Assembly: GCA_945901855.1 (NCBI GenBank)
Contig: CAMDLT010000018.1
Location: 3,245 to 67,244 of the forward strand
Reading direction: 5' to 3'
DNA: 64,000 nucleotides
Source: Asaia bogorensis
Lineage (GTDB): Bacteria; Pseudomonadota; Alphaproteobacteria; CACIAM-22H2
The position numbers were made by a program, and so were the translations under genes. Below are positions 53,929-63,431 of this stretch, piece after piece. Numbering within the stretch: position 1 is the first letter of the stretch; the number at the start of each line of letters is the position of its first letter. The notes under the pieces are model-generated. The model did not search any database. It was not told where the DNA came from and saw only the letters and a list, made by a program, of their open reading frames with translations.

Positions 53929-54698
53929 CAGTCGAACAGCTTGTCGATGTCGGACTGGGAGTTGGTGCTGTCGAGCGCCTGGGGCCCGTGCAGCACGACG
54001 CCGCCGACGTCTTTCATATGGATGCCGTCGGCATCGGGGATGGGCATGCGCTCGATCTCGCCCGAGCCCCAGATTTCCATCATCTTCTGCACGCGTTCTT
54101 CGATGTAGCCAAGCGTGCGAACGACCTTGTTGATGCGCTGGCCGGTCAGATCTTGGAACGAGCAGGCCTCGATAATTGCCGTGCACATGTCGGAGATTTC
54201 GGCGATGCGCTGCTGGCCGTAGTCGTCGATCTTCATCGAGCGCAGCTCGCGAGCGATTTCTTCGATTTTTTCCACGCCGTCGAAAATGCGCGACGTCGCC
54301 TCTTCGGTCTGCGAAACGACGGACGAGAGTTCCATCGACGCGCTGGTAAGCTTGTCTTCGGTCGCGAGCGGATGCTTGAGCGCGCCAATTTCGCGCTTGG
54401 TCTGCTCGATGCGCGCGGCGATGCCGTGCACTTCGTTGCGAATGCGCAGGATGTCGGTATCGTCGACGCCGTGGTCCGTTACGGGCGTCGATTTGATCCC
54501 GTCGAGCTTTTTGCCAAGCTCGGCAATGTCGGCGCGCAAGGCCGCGATCGCCGCTGTCGCATCGGCGCCCATCGCCACGGCGCCCTCGGTTGGCGGCACG
54601 GCGCTTGCCTTCGCAAAGCCGTTGGCTAGCGGAGGCAGCAAGCCATTGCGTTGGTTAAATTTTTCAGCTGTGAATACGGATCTTTGCGGGGGCGCCAT
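53928..54698 (-). CDS. cheZ: CheZ-family CheY-P phosphatase
   Basis: Start at ATG 54698 (MAPPQRSVF...). [18 protein letters not shown] contains the CheZ (D/S)FQDLTGQ catalytic-Gln motif. Long helical hairpin region and C-terminal [10 protein letters not shown] peptide. Confidence 0.8.
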   Translation of the reverse strand: MAPPQRSVFTAEKFNQRNGLLPPLANGFAKASAVPPTEGAVAMGADATAAIAALRADIAELGKKLDGIKSTPVTDHGVDDTDILRIRNEVHGIAARIEQTKREIGALKHPLATEDKLTSASMELSSVVSQTEEATSRIFDGVEKIEEIARELRSMKIDDYGQQRIAEISDMCTAIIEACSFQDLTGQRINKVVRTLGYIEERVQKMMEIWGSGEIERMPIPDADGIHMKDVGGVVLHGPQALDSTNSQSDIDKLFD

Positions 54699-54700
54699 GG

Positions 54701-54760
54701 TCGTCGAGCCTCGTGATCGTCCGGACAGGAATTTTGTTTTTATCACGAACGACTCGACGA
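54701..54760 (-). promoter_or_regulatory. imperfect 60-nt inverted repeat in the cheZ leader
   Basis: Plus strand: TCGTCGAG(54701-08) cc TCGTGAT(54711-17), a 24-nt loop, ATCACGA(54742-48) acga CTCGACGA(54753-60). This gives 8+7 bp. It ends 2 nt upstream of the cheZ ATG and includes the GAGG SD-like element. Confidence 0.35.
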
Positions 54761-54784
54761 AATCCCGAGATATTTGAGACCGCG

Positions 54785-55705
54785 TCAAGGCCGTGCCAGC
54801 GACGCCTCGATGCCGTTTTTGACCACGACATTGAGCACGTCGGGCGCAACCGACGCCAGCCAGCGCAGATATTCGAGCGCTTGTAGCGCCCGTCCCGGCC
54901 CCACGCGGACACCGTGATTGAGCCCGACCATCGTCAGTCCCGCAAGGATGCGCAGATCCAGAATTTCCGCGCGCGTCGCGGCCGCAACCGTGTTGGCAGG
55001 CCCGCCCATCAACGCCAGCAGATCGACGGCAATGTCCAGATTGATCGTGTTTTGCGCGGTGCCCCATTCGGGAAAAGACGGTCCCCAAATGCCCGCAAAG
55101 CGCGCGAAATCCGTAGCGGCCGAACCTTTGGCTTTGTCGGGCGCCTGCCCCGCCCCGCCGCGATCCGCGACCGCCCTGATCAAAGCGCCGGGCGCAAATT
55201 CGCATCGCCCCCCTGCCGCCCAGCAGCGCAATCCCAAATCCGGGTCGGCGTGGAACTTGACGTAACCCTCGTCGAACCCGCCGCCCAATTTTGCCAAGGT
55301 CGCGGGGCGCAGCATGAAAAAATACGGATAGTAACGCCCATAGACGCTGCCAACCGCGACCATGCTGCGCACAGCTAGCGGAAACCCGACCATCAGCAGC
55401 GGGTTCTGCGCCTCGTTGGTTTCCAGATGCGCAAGCGCCAGCTGCAAAGCTCCCGGATCGAGCCGGTTGTCGTCGGCGATCAGCACCAGGATATCGCCTG
55501 TTGCGTGCTTAAATCCGAGATTGCATGCGGCGATCGAGCCGCGCGGATTGCTCTCGCGCACCCAGCGCACGCCGGGGCCCGAAATTTCGAACGGCGAAAC
55601 GACGACGATTTCGTGCTCGATGTCCGCCGCCGCTTCGCGCACGGCCGCGATCGCGCCGCCCGCGAGCGTGGGAAAGATGGTCGGCAGCACAAAGCTCAAT
55701 TTCAT
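54785..55705 (-). CDS. glycosyltransferase family 2-like protein
   Basis: MKLSFVLPTIF... N-terminal Rossmann-like GT-A start. ILVLIADDNRLDP (DxD-type). ATGA overlap with the upstream epimerase gene. Confidence 0.7.
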   Translation of the reverse strand: MKLSFVLPTIFPTLAGGAIAAVREAAADIEHEIVVVSPFEISGPGVRWVRESNPRGSIAACNLGFKHATGDILVLIADDNRLDPGALQLALAHLETNEAQNPLLMVGFPLAVRSMVAVGSVYGRYYPYFFMLRPATLAKLGGGFDEGYVKFHADPDLGLRCWAAGGRCEFAPGALIRAVADRGGAGQAPDKAKGSAATDFARFAGIWGPSFPEWGTAQNTINLDIAVDLLALMGGPANTVAAATRAEILDLRILAGLTMVGLNHGVRVGPGRALQALEYLRWLASVAPDVLNVVVKNGIEASLARP

Positions 55706-56667
55706 GGCGATGCCCTATCGGGGCGATTCTTGCGCCACCAGTCGATCGTGCGCTTGAGCCCGTCATCTAGCGCCACGCGCGGGGCCCATCCGAAGCGCTC
55801 GCGAAAGCGTGTGCAGTCGAGCGCGGTTCTTGTATCGATCGACGGGCGGCTTCGATCCAGTTCGATGTGCAGATCGAGCCCGGCTGCCGCCACGATGCGC
55901 TTTGCCAGATCAAGCGTGCTTGTCGTGTGCCCCGCCCCGACATTAAAAAGTCCGAACGGTTCGCTCTGGCGCTTGGCGACCGCCAGCACGGCCGCGCACA
56001 GATCGTCGGCATGCAGCAGGTCGCGCTCGGCCTTGCCGGTTCCCCAGTGGACGAGCTTGCCGTCTGTTGCCGTCAAAGCCTTGGTGATCGTTGCACCGCA
56101 CACATGGCTGCGAAGCAGATCGTATTTGTCGTGGGGACCGTAGATGTTGGTGTGGCGCAAGGCGGTGAAGCGCGTGCGGCCGAGGCGCGCGTACCAGGCC
56201 GCCATGCGTTCGAAATAGACCTTGGTCGTCGCAGCGCCTTCGTAGGCGGGATGCAGGGGCGCACGCGGATCGTAATCGTCTTCGCGCTGCGGATCGGGGG
56301 TATCGGCATACATGACCGCGCAGGAGAACCAGATCACATGCGCAATGCCGCGTTTGTGGGCGCTTGCAAAAATCCGGGCAGTCATGATTTGGTTGTCGAC
56401 AACGAGCGCCAAGGGGTCGCCCATATTGGCGGCCGACCCGGCGGTGGCTGCTGCCGCGTGCACCACCAAGTCGACCTCGGCCAGTGCGGCGTCGACGCCC
56501 GCTTGCGTGGTCAGATCGGCATCGACCCAGGCAATATGCGGATGCGAAAAAGAACGCCGCTTGTGCCGCACGCCGACAACAGCAAAGCCCGGTTCCGCCG
56601 CAAATGCCTCGGCGACATTGCGGCCGACAAAACCGGTAGCGCCGAGAATTGCGACACGGGTGATCAC
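55702..56667 (-). CDS. NAD-dependent epimerase/dehydratase family protein
   Basis: GTG start. VAILGATGFVGRNV (GxxGxxG), extended-SDR layout, YGPHD/YxxxK region. Confidence 0.85.
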   Translation of the reverse strand: MITRVAILGATGFVGRNVAEAFAAEPGFAVVGVRHKRRSFSHPHIAWVDADLTTQAGVDAALAEVDLVVHAAAATAGSAANMGDPLALVVDNQIMTARIFASAHKRGIAHVIWFSCAVMYADTPDPQREDDYDPRAPLHPAYEGAATTKVYFERMAAWYARLGRTRFTALRHTNIYGPHDKYDLLRSHVCGATITKALTATDGKLVHWGTGKAERDLLHADDLCAAVLAVAKRQSEPFGLFNVGAGHTTSTLDLAKRIVAAAGLDLHIELDRSRPSIDTRTALDCTRFRERFGWAPRVALDDGLKRTIDWWRKNRPDRASP

Positions 56668-56721
56668 AAATCTAGCCTAGCATTCGCCAAGCGCCCGTGT
56701 CCGGTCCTAACGAAAACGGAA

Positions 56722-56940
56722 TTACGCGAGCAGATTGATCTGATTGCCGCGCCCTTGCAGCGCCGCCGACGAAATGTCGAACGATTCCCCTGCCGCAATG
56801 CGAATGCCGCGATCGACACGGGCGTTGACCGTATCGGCTGCTTGTCGAGTCACGTCGTTCGATTGTTCGGCACGGTTAAGCGCTGCTTTTTGGACGGGCA
56901 AAAACGCGAGCGTCAGACCCGATGCACCAGATGCTGCCAT
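56722..56940 (-). CDS. hypothetical protein (72 aa)
   Basis: MAASGASGLTLAFLPVQKAALNRAEQSNDVTRQAADTVNARVDRGIRIAAGESFDISSAALQGRGNQINLLA. GGAG lies 7 nt upstream of the ATG. First ORF of the epimerase-GT2 transcription unit, preceded by an AT-rich spacer. No family recognised. Confidence 0.5.
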   Translation of the reverse strand: MAASGASGLTLAFLPVQKAALNRAEQSNDVTRQAADTVNARVDRGIRIAAGESFDISSAALQGRGNQINLLA

Positions 56941-57042
56941 TGGGATTCTCCATGGACGTTAACTTCATAGCGACGAAGATGCCCGTAACCCAAAAATTTG
57001 TCACGCATTTTTGCGTTTTGCGACCATAAAATTTATGAAAAA

Positions 57043-57585
57043 CTATTTCTTCTTTCGAGTTTTTTTGGCGCGCGCGATACCCTCAAGGATCATTTTTTCG
57101 GCTCCTTTGGCGTCGAGCCATTTGACGATCGTGACCCACTTCCCCCTTTCCAAGTCTTTGTAATGTTGGAAAAAATGGGCGATCTGTTCAATCAAGATCG
57201 GCGGCAAATCCGTATAGTTTTTGACGCCCGAATAGAACGGATGAAGCTTGTCGACCGGTACCGCAACGATCTTTTCGTCCGGTCCGCCCTCGTCTTCCAT
57301 GAGCAACACGCCGATCGGGCGCGAGCGGATGACGGCCCCTGGTACCACTGGCACATGACCCACCACGATGACATCGACCGGGTCGCCGTCGCCGGACAGC
57401 GTGTGCGGAATGAAGCCGTAATTGGCCGGATAACGCATCGCAGTATGCAGGAACCGATCGACAAACAGGGCGCCCGACTTTTTGTCGAGCTCGTATTTGA
57501 CGGGCTCGCCACCAAGCGGAATTTCAATCATCACGTTGACGTCGCGCGGCGGGTTGTCGCCGATCGGGATATTGTCGATGTTCAT
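57043..57585 (-). CDS. ppa: inorganic diphosphatase
   Basis: Family I PPase motifs: [36 protein letters not shown]. Confidence 0.95.
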   Translation of the reverse strand: MNIDNIPIGDNPPRDVNVMIEIPLGGEPVKYELDKKSGALFVDRFLHTAMRYPANYGFIPHTLSGDGDPVDVIVVGHVPVVPGAVIRSRPIGVLLMEDEGGPDEKIVAVPVDKLHPFYSGVKNYTDLPPILIEQIAHFFQHYKDLERGKWVTIVKWLDAKGAEKMILEGIARAKKTRKKK

Positions 57586-57602
57586 CGTCGGGTTCCGTCC
57601 TG

Positions 57603-57896
57603 TTAACGCTTGCGCTGGGTGCCGTTGAGCCTGTCAGAGGTGACGCGCAGATAGCCTTTGGAATCGATCTCGCCGGCCTCGAACATCACGCTTGCGACCT
57701 TGTGAATGCGCGCCGTGTTCGCCCGATAAATCGACATGATCGCGCCCGGCGACGTGCTGGCAACGCCCTCCAGGTCCGCGATCGCGCGCTGTTCGACGAT
57801 GATGTGGACCGTGCGCGTGCCGTCCTTGGCTTCGACGTGCACGCCGCCCTGCACATTGTCGAACTGCGCGCGCCCCGCCCCGAAATCCAACGCCAT
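57603..57896 (-). CDS. hypothetical protein (97 aa; possibly DUF1488-like)
   Basis: The ORF has an ATG and an upstream GGAG. The family call is only a weak recollection of the pattern V.F.A.DG...V...V...AL.DL.......Y......I...A. Confidence 0.55.
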   Translation of the reverse strand: MALDFGAGRAQFDNVQGGVHVEAKDGTRTVHIIVEQRAIADLEGVASTSPGAIMSIYRANTARIHKVASVMFEAGEIDSKGYLRVTSDRLNGTQRKR

Positions 57897-58038
57897 TTCA
57901 AGCTCCGTACTGCTCCGGAAGGAGCGAGGTCACGCAAAGACGGGCGAACTTAGGACGGGTTTGTTGCAATTGGCAAGCCATGATGTGCCGCGCTTGCCCC
58001 CAGCCGCAAACGCATTTGGCACAAGCGTTTCGCGATCT

Positions 58039-59037
58039 TCAGATCGGGCTTCCGATGGGCAGGTCGCGTCCGGGCAAAGCCTGCGCGCCGTAGCGCGCAT
58101 CCCACGCGTCTTGAACAGTTTGCAAGATGCGCATCGCGGACAGCACCGACGGGCCGCTGGTCAAAGGCTGGCGCCGGTCGCGGATAGCTGCCAGAAAATC
58201 GTCGATCACGCGCGCGCAATTGCTCTGTTCGGTCTCAATCGCGACCGTTCCGGTTTCCGTGCGCAGCGAATTGCCCAGAATGTCGAACAGATACGTCTCG
58301 CGATCCGTCACGATCAGTTTGTCGTAGAGCCGGAACGTCGCGTGATACGAGCCGTGCACGGTAACCGACGCGCCGCCGGCGGTTTCGCCGAGCACGACGC
58401 ATTCCATCGGCGTGCCGGTCCCGGGATGCAGGGGGCCAAGATGGCTTTGCACGCGCACGATCGGGTCGTTCGCCAGCAAAAACGTCGCGAGATCGACAAA
58501 ATGGCAGAAATGGTGCCACAGAATGTTGTCGATCCAGCTGCGCCGGTAGCCCGTCGCGCCGATATTGACGAGGCGTTTGATGAAAAACCGCCCGGCAATG
58601 TGGCGGACATGCTCCTCGCCCGACTTCAGGCGCGCAATCAGGCTCTCGCGTTCGCGCCGATGGCGCATGGGATGGCACACGCCATAGGTCTTGCCGCTCG
58701 CCTCGCCCGCCGCCACGACGCGCTCGGCACCGGCGAGGCTCATCGCGATCGGGATCTCGATCAAGGTATGCTTGCCCGCGGTCAGGCACCGAATCGCCTG
58801 GTCTTCGTGGTGCTCGCTTGGCGAGCCAAGAACGACAGCATCGATCTCGGGATCGGCGAGCGCCGCGTCGAGGCTGGTTTTGACATGCCGATAGCCGTAG
58901 CGCGCGGCAAATTCGCCCGCCGCTTCGGCCCGCCGTCCGACCAAGGTGTGCAGCACGACGTTGTGGCGTTCGAGCGCCGCCGAGTGCCAATCGCCCATCA
59001 TGCCGTAGCCGACCATGCAGATATTGAGCGGGCGCAT
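58039..59037 (-). CDS. Gfo/Idh/MocA-family oxidoreductase
   Basis: Start at ATG 59037 (MRPLNICMVGYGMMGDWH...), overlapping the ABC ATPase stop by 1 nt. Rossmann N-terminus and EIPIA (EKP-like) motif. Confidence 0.85.
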   Translation of the reverse strand: MRPLNICMVGYGMMGDWHSAALERHNVVLHTLVGRRAEAAGEFAARYGYRHVKTSLDAALADPEIDAVVLGSPSEHHEDQAIRCLTAGKHTLIEIPIAMSLAGAERVVAAGEASGKTYGVCHPMRHRRERESLIARLKSGEEHVRHIAGRFFIKRLVNIGATGYRRSWIDNILWHHFCHFVDLATFLLANDPIVRVQSHLGPLHPGTGTPMECVVLGETAGGASVTVHGSYHATFRLYDKLIVTDRETYLFDILGNSLRTETGTVAIETEQSNCARVIDDFLAAIRDRRQPLTSGPSVLSAMRILQTVQDAWDARYGAQALPGRDLPIGSPI

Positions 59038-60116
59038 CAGCTGCGCGGCACCAGTGCGATACCGGCGCCAGCAAATTCGAGCCATATCTCGCTGCCCGGC
59101 TGGCGCGGCTCGGCCACTTTTTTGTCGACGACGAACAGCGCGCCGAGCTTCGTTGCGATCGTGTATTCCATGTGCGTGCCCAAATACGATGCTTTCGAAA
59201 TCTCTCCGGCCAACGCGGGACCGCCGCTGGACGCGTCTTTGAGGACCAGCGCTTCGGGCCGAATTGCGACCTTGGCTTTGCCGACAGCCAACCCGCGCGC
59301 CGCCAGCGCCAGCAATGCATCGCCGATCCGCGTTTGCGCGATATCGCCCGCCACCGTTTCGATATCGGCTTCGACGATGTTCGCGTCGCCCATGAAATCG
59401 GCAACGAACAGGCTGGCGGGCGCCTCGTAAAGTTCGCGCGGCTTGCCTGCCTGGGCGATGCGCGCGTTCGACATAACAATGACGCGGTCGGACACCGCCA
59501 GCGCTTCCTGCTGGTCGTGCGTGACGTAGACGACGGTCAGGTTCAAACTGCGCTGCAGATCGCGGATATCTTCGCGTACTTGGCGGCGCAATTTGGCATC
59601 GAGGTTCGAGAGCGGCTCGTCGAACAGCAGCACTTGGGGTTCGAGCGTGAGGGCGCGCGCCACCGCCACGCGTTGCTGCTGCCCGCCCGAAAGCTCCGAC
59701 GGAAGGCGCAAATCGTAGCCTTTGAGGCCGACAAGGGCGAGTTTCTCGCGCGCCATCGCGCGCGCGGTTTCCTTGGGCATCCCCTGCACGCTCGGACCGT
59801 ACGAAACATTGTCGATCACGTTCATGTGTGGGAACAGCGCGTAGGACTGGAACACCATCGACACGTCGCGGTCCGCCGCCGACAGGCGCGTCACATCCTC
59901 GCCGCCGATCAGGATGCTGCCCTCGGTCGCGATTTCAAGGCCAGCGACCAGGCGCAGCGTCGTCGTCTTGCCGCAGCCCGAGGGGCCCAAGAGCGTGACC
60001 AACGTGCCGGGCTCGATCTTGAACGACACGTCGTCCACGGCGGCAACCGTGCCATAGCGTTTGACGACGTTGCGGAACTCGACCGAGGCCGGACCTTTTT
60101 TGAGCGACTTCACCAT
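59037..60116 (-). CDS. ABC transporter ATP-binding protein (FbpC/PotA type)
   Basis: GPSGCGKTT (Walker A), LSGGQQQRVAVARAL (signature), LLFDEPLSNLD (Walker B) and a C-terminal TOBE-like domain. Confidence 0.92.
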   Translation of the reverse strand: MVKSLKKGPASVEFRNVVKRYGTVAAVDDVSFKIEPGTLVTLLGPSGCGKTTTLRLVAGLEIATEGSILIGGEDVTRLSAADRDVSMVFQSYALFPHMNVIDNVSYGPSVQGMPKETARAMAREKLALVGLKGYDLRLPSELSGGQQQRVAVARALTLEPQVLLFDEPLSNLDAKLRRQVREDIRDLQRSLNLTVVYVTHDQQEALAVSDRVIVMSNARIAQAGKPRELYEAPASLFVADFMGDANIVEADIETVAGDIAQTRIGDALLALAARGLAVGKAKVAIRPEALVLKDASSGGPALAGEISKASYLGTHMEYTIATKLGALFVVDKKVAEPRQPGSEIWLEFAGAGIALVPRS

Positions 60117-60122
60117 CGTCTT

Positions 60123-62315
60123 TCAGTGTCCTCCGACGGCCGAGAGCTGCTGTCCGCGGCGGCCGAGCTGGCGTTTGCCGACGGCTACTTGGATCAGCAG
60201 AATGGCGGCTGCCATCACGAATATGAGCACCGTCGAATAGGCGATCGCCAGCGCGTATTCGCCTGCTTCCACGCGCCCGACGATATAGGCCGTCGCCATG
60301 TTGTGGCGCGCACTGGTCAGGAAAATGACGGCCGACACCGCCGTCATCGCGTGCACGAAGCTGAACACCAGCGTTGCCACGATCGCAGGCCGCAGCAGCG
60401 GCAAGATGACGCGCCGCACGGTCTGGCCCGTTCGCGCTCCAAGCGTGAGCGACGCTTCGTCGAGGCTCTTGTCGATCTGCGAGAGCGCCGCCATGCCTGC
60501 GCGCACGCCCACCGGCATGTTCCTGAACACGAAGCAGATCACCAGAATGAGCCCCGTGCCCGTGAGTTCGATGGGCGGCACGTTGAAGGCCAGAATGTAC
60601 GACACGCCCACCACCGTGCCTGGAATGGCAAACGACAGCATCGTCATGAATTCGAACGTGCGTTGGCCCGCAAACCGCTGGCGCGCCAACAAGTAGGCGA
60701 CCAGCAGGCCAAGCCCCGCCGTCAGCGGCGCCGAAATTGCCGACACTTGAAGCGTTGTGACGAGGGAATCCCAGGCCGAGCCCGAGAAGAACAAGCTGCC
60801 GCCCGTGTTTTCGATGCGGAACGCATCGACATAGTGCCGCCACGTGAACTCCAGATCGAACCGGCCGATGTCGCGCACGAAACCGCCAAAGATGACGATC
60901 GCGTAGGTCACGACCGTGAACAGCGCCCACGGGATCGTCGTCCAATACACGATGCGGCGCAGGGCCGTCGGCAACTCCGCCGCAAGGCCGGAATCGCCCT
61001 TGCCCGTGACGGTCACGTAGCTTTGGCGGCCGAGCCAGCGCATCTGCAACCAGAACGCGCCGAGCGTCAGGCCCAGCAGCAGGATCGCCAGCACGGCCGC
61101 GCGCCCCGGATCGTGCTGGGCGCCTACGATCGCGAAAAAGATCTTGGTCGACAGCACGTCAAAATTGCCGCCGAGCACCAAGGGATTGCCGAAATCCGAC
61201 AAGCTCTCGACGAACCCGAGCAGAAAAGCCGCCGCAAGGCCGGGTCGCAGCAGCGGCCAGGTGACCGTGCGGAAGGTTTGCCAGCGCGATGCGCCCAGTG
61301 TCTGGGAGGCTTCTTCGAGCGACGGGCTGATGGCTTCGACCACGCCGATCATGACCAGGAACGCGACCGGTATCTGCGACAGCAATTGGGAAATCGCGAC
61401 CCCCGGCAGCCCATAGATCCAGCGGGTGGGCGGAATGCCGAACGCGACGTCGAGGAACCACGTCACGATACCGGTTCGACCGAACAGAATCACAATGGCA
61501 AGCGAGATCACGAACGGCGGCGTGATGATCGGCAGAATCGTGAGGGCGCGCAGCGCGCCGCGATAGCGAAACTGCGTGCGTACCGCGACCAGCGCGAATG
61601 CTAGCCCCATCAGAGTCGAAACCACACCCGTGATCGTGCCCAGCAGCACTGTATTGAACATCACGCCGCATTGGCGCGGGCCGTACAGACAATCGAGCCC
61701 CCAGATATCGTCGGCGAAAATCCGGCGGACAAAAAGCGCAAATGCCAGATTGCCGTCTTCGTCCGTCACCGCGCCGGCCAACATGGTGGCGATCGGGAAA
61801 AAAACGAACGCCAGGATCAGCGCGCTGGAGACGACCACGCTGCCTGCAACAAACGCGTCGCCGCGAAAAAGCCCGAGCGCCGCGATGCCCAACGACACCC
61901 AGACCAAAAACGCGGTCAAAACAATGGTGGCGCCCCAGCCGAAGCCAAATTGCTGGGTGTCGATCGGCCCGAACAATGCGACGGCCCAGTCCCATTTAAG
62001 GCCGAAAATGCCGATCGCAAAACCTTGCAGAAGCACGTAGCCGATCCCGGCGAGCCCGGCCGCAATCAGCGTGCGGCCAAAGCGCTTGTCGGCACGCCCA
62101 AAGCGCAAGGCCGCAAAGCCCAGCCCGATGGGGACAAGCGTGCCCCACAGCCACGGGCGTTCGCCCAGCGCAAAAAACAATCCCGGCGACGCCGTGTCGC
62201 CGGGATATTGGGCCACCCATACGAAAGCGAAGAAACCGTCTTCTTGGAGCTGCCACGGCACCGCGACAAACGCGACAGCCGCAGCGCACGCCCAGAAAAA
62301 AACGAGACGGTGCAT
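60123..62315 (-). CDS. ABC transporter permease, duplicated (FbpB-like, two MetI-type domains)
   Basis: 730 aa and highly hydrophobic. Two EAA-type loops (SLEEASQTLGASRWQTFRTVTWPLL and SLDEASLTLGARTGQTVRRVILPLL). Confidence 0.9.
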   Translation of the reverse strand: MHRLVFFWACAAAVAFVAVPWQLQEDGFFAFVWVAQYPGDTASPGLFFALGERPWLWGTLVPIGLGFAALRFGRADKRFGRTLIAAGLAGIGYVLLQGFAIGIFGLKWDWAVALFGPIDTQQFGFGWGATIVLTAFLVWVSLGIAALGLFRGDAFVAGSVVVSSALILAFVFFPIATMLAGAVTDEDGNLAFALFVRRIFADDIWGLDCLYGPRQCGVMFNTVLLGTITGVVSTLMGLAFALVAVRTQFRYRGALRALTILPIITPPFVISLAIVILFGRTGIVTWFLDVAFGIPPTRWIYGLPGVAISQLLSQIPVAFLVMIGVVEAISPSLEEASQTLGASRWQTFRTVTWPLLRPGLAAAFLLGFVESLSDFGNPLVLGGNFDVLSTKIFFAIVGAQHDPGRAAVLAILLLGLTLGAFWLQMRWLGRQSYVTVTGKGDSGLAAELPTALRRIVYWTTIPWALFTVVTYAIVIFGGFVRDIGRFDLEFTWRHYVDAFRIENTGGSLFFSGSAWDSLVTTLQVSAISAPLTAGLGLLVAYLLARQRFAGQRTFEFMTMLSFAIPGTVVGVSYILAFNVPPIELTGTGLILVICFVFRNMPVGVRAGMAALSQIDKSLDEASLTLGARTGQTVRRVILPLLRPAIVATLVFSFVHAMTAVSAVIFLTSARHNMATAYIVGRVEAGEYALAIAYSTVLIFVMAAAILLIQVAVGKRQLGRRGQQLSAVGGH

Positions 62316-62321
62316 CCGATT

Positions 62322-63347
62322 TTAGGACCCGCCGCGCACTTCGCGCGTCCAACGCGACAGCAGACGCTCGCGTTCGGCGGCCGAGCCGAAGCGCTGGAAG
62401 TCGTACTGGATCAGCAGCACGTCTTGCATGCGCGGCGCTTCCTTGGGAATCGTCGAGTTCTTGTTCGACGGGATCTGGAAGGAATTCGCCGCTGCCGCGA
62501 GGTTCTGGGCCGCGGGCGTCAGCGCCCAATCGTAGAAGCGCTTGGCCGCCGCAAGGTTGCGCGTGCCGCGAATGATCGACATCGAGCCGATCTCGAAACC
62601 CGTCCCTTCGCACGGCGCTACAAGCTTGACGGGCGCGCCCGCGATCGCTTGCGTTACCGCGTCGTGCAGGAACGTGATGCCGATCAGGCTTTCGCCGGTG
62701 GCGGCCGCGCGCGCGGGTGCTGCGCCCGAGCGCGTGTACTGGTTCACGTTCGCGTGCATCTGCTTCATGAACGAAAAGGCCTGCTCCTCGCCGAACAGCT
62801 GCACCATCGAGGCCAGCATCGTGTACGACGTGCCCGACGAGTTCGGGTCGGCGACTTGGACTTCGCCCTTGTATTCAGGACGCGCCAGATCGCGCCAGCA
62901 TTTGGGTTCGGGCAGATTGCGCTGTGCGAGCGTGCGCGTGTTGAAGGAATAGCCCAGCGCGCCCGAATAGATGCCAACCGTGCGGAACTTGGACAATTCG
63001 GCCTGGCGCTGCGCCCAGTCGTAAAGGTCCTTCAGCATCGGCGATTTGTATTCGAGCGTGAGGTTTTCCTCGGCGGCCTGCAAATGCGGATCGCCCGTAC
63101 CGCCCCACCAAACGTCGCCGCGCGGGTTCTGGCGTTCGGCCTTGATCTGCGCGTAGGTCTCGCCCGACGATTTGCGCGTCATATTGACCTTGATGCCGGT
63201 CTCGCGCTCGAAGGTGGCTGCCATGGGGCGGCACCATTCTTCCTGCACCGAGCAATACAAAGACAGCTGGCCTTGCGCCGAAGCGCCGCTCGCTGCTGCC
63301 ACTGCCGACACGGCAACGGCCAATCCTAACGATCGAAAACGAATCAT
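62322..63347 (-). CDS. ABC transporter periplasmic substrate-binding protein (iron(III)/family-1 type)
   Basis: Signal peptide MIRFRSLGLAVAVSAVAAASGASAQ, then LSLYCSVQEEW...DVWWGGTGD, typical of FbpA/AfuA-like binding proteins. Confidence 0.88.
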   Translation of the reverse strand: MIRFRSLGLAVAVSAVAAASGASAQGQLSLYCSVQEEWCRPMAATFERETGIKVNMTRKSSGETYAQIKAERQNPRGDVWWGGTGDPHLQAAEENLTLEYKSPMLKDLYDWAQRQAELSKFRTVGIYSGALGYSFNTRTLAQRNLPEPKCWRDLARPEYKGEVQVADPNSSGTSYTMLASMVQLFGEEQAFSFMKQMHANVNQYTRSGAAPARAAATGESLIGITFLHDAVTQAIAGAPVKLVAPCEGTGFEIGSMSIIRGTRNLAAAKRFYDWALTPAAQNLAAAANSFQIPSNKNSTIPKEAPRMQDVLLIQYDFQRFGSAAERERLLSRWTREVRGGS

Positions 63348-63431
63348 GGGGGGTCTCCTCCTGAGGGGCCTGTAAGTTCGGCTATTTCTATTACGAATTT
63401 ATGACAGTCTTGTGCGCTAGCGGATGAAAAG

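Noticed and set aside
59172-61604. 810-aa plus-strand ORF
   Set aside because: Antisense to the ABC ATPase and permease genes. It is extremely Arg/His/Gln/Asp-rich and not protein-like.
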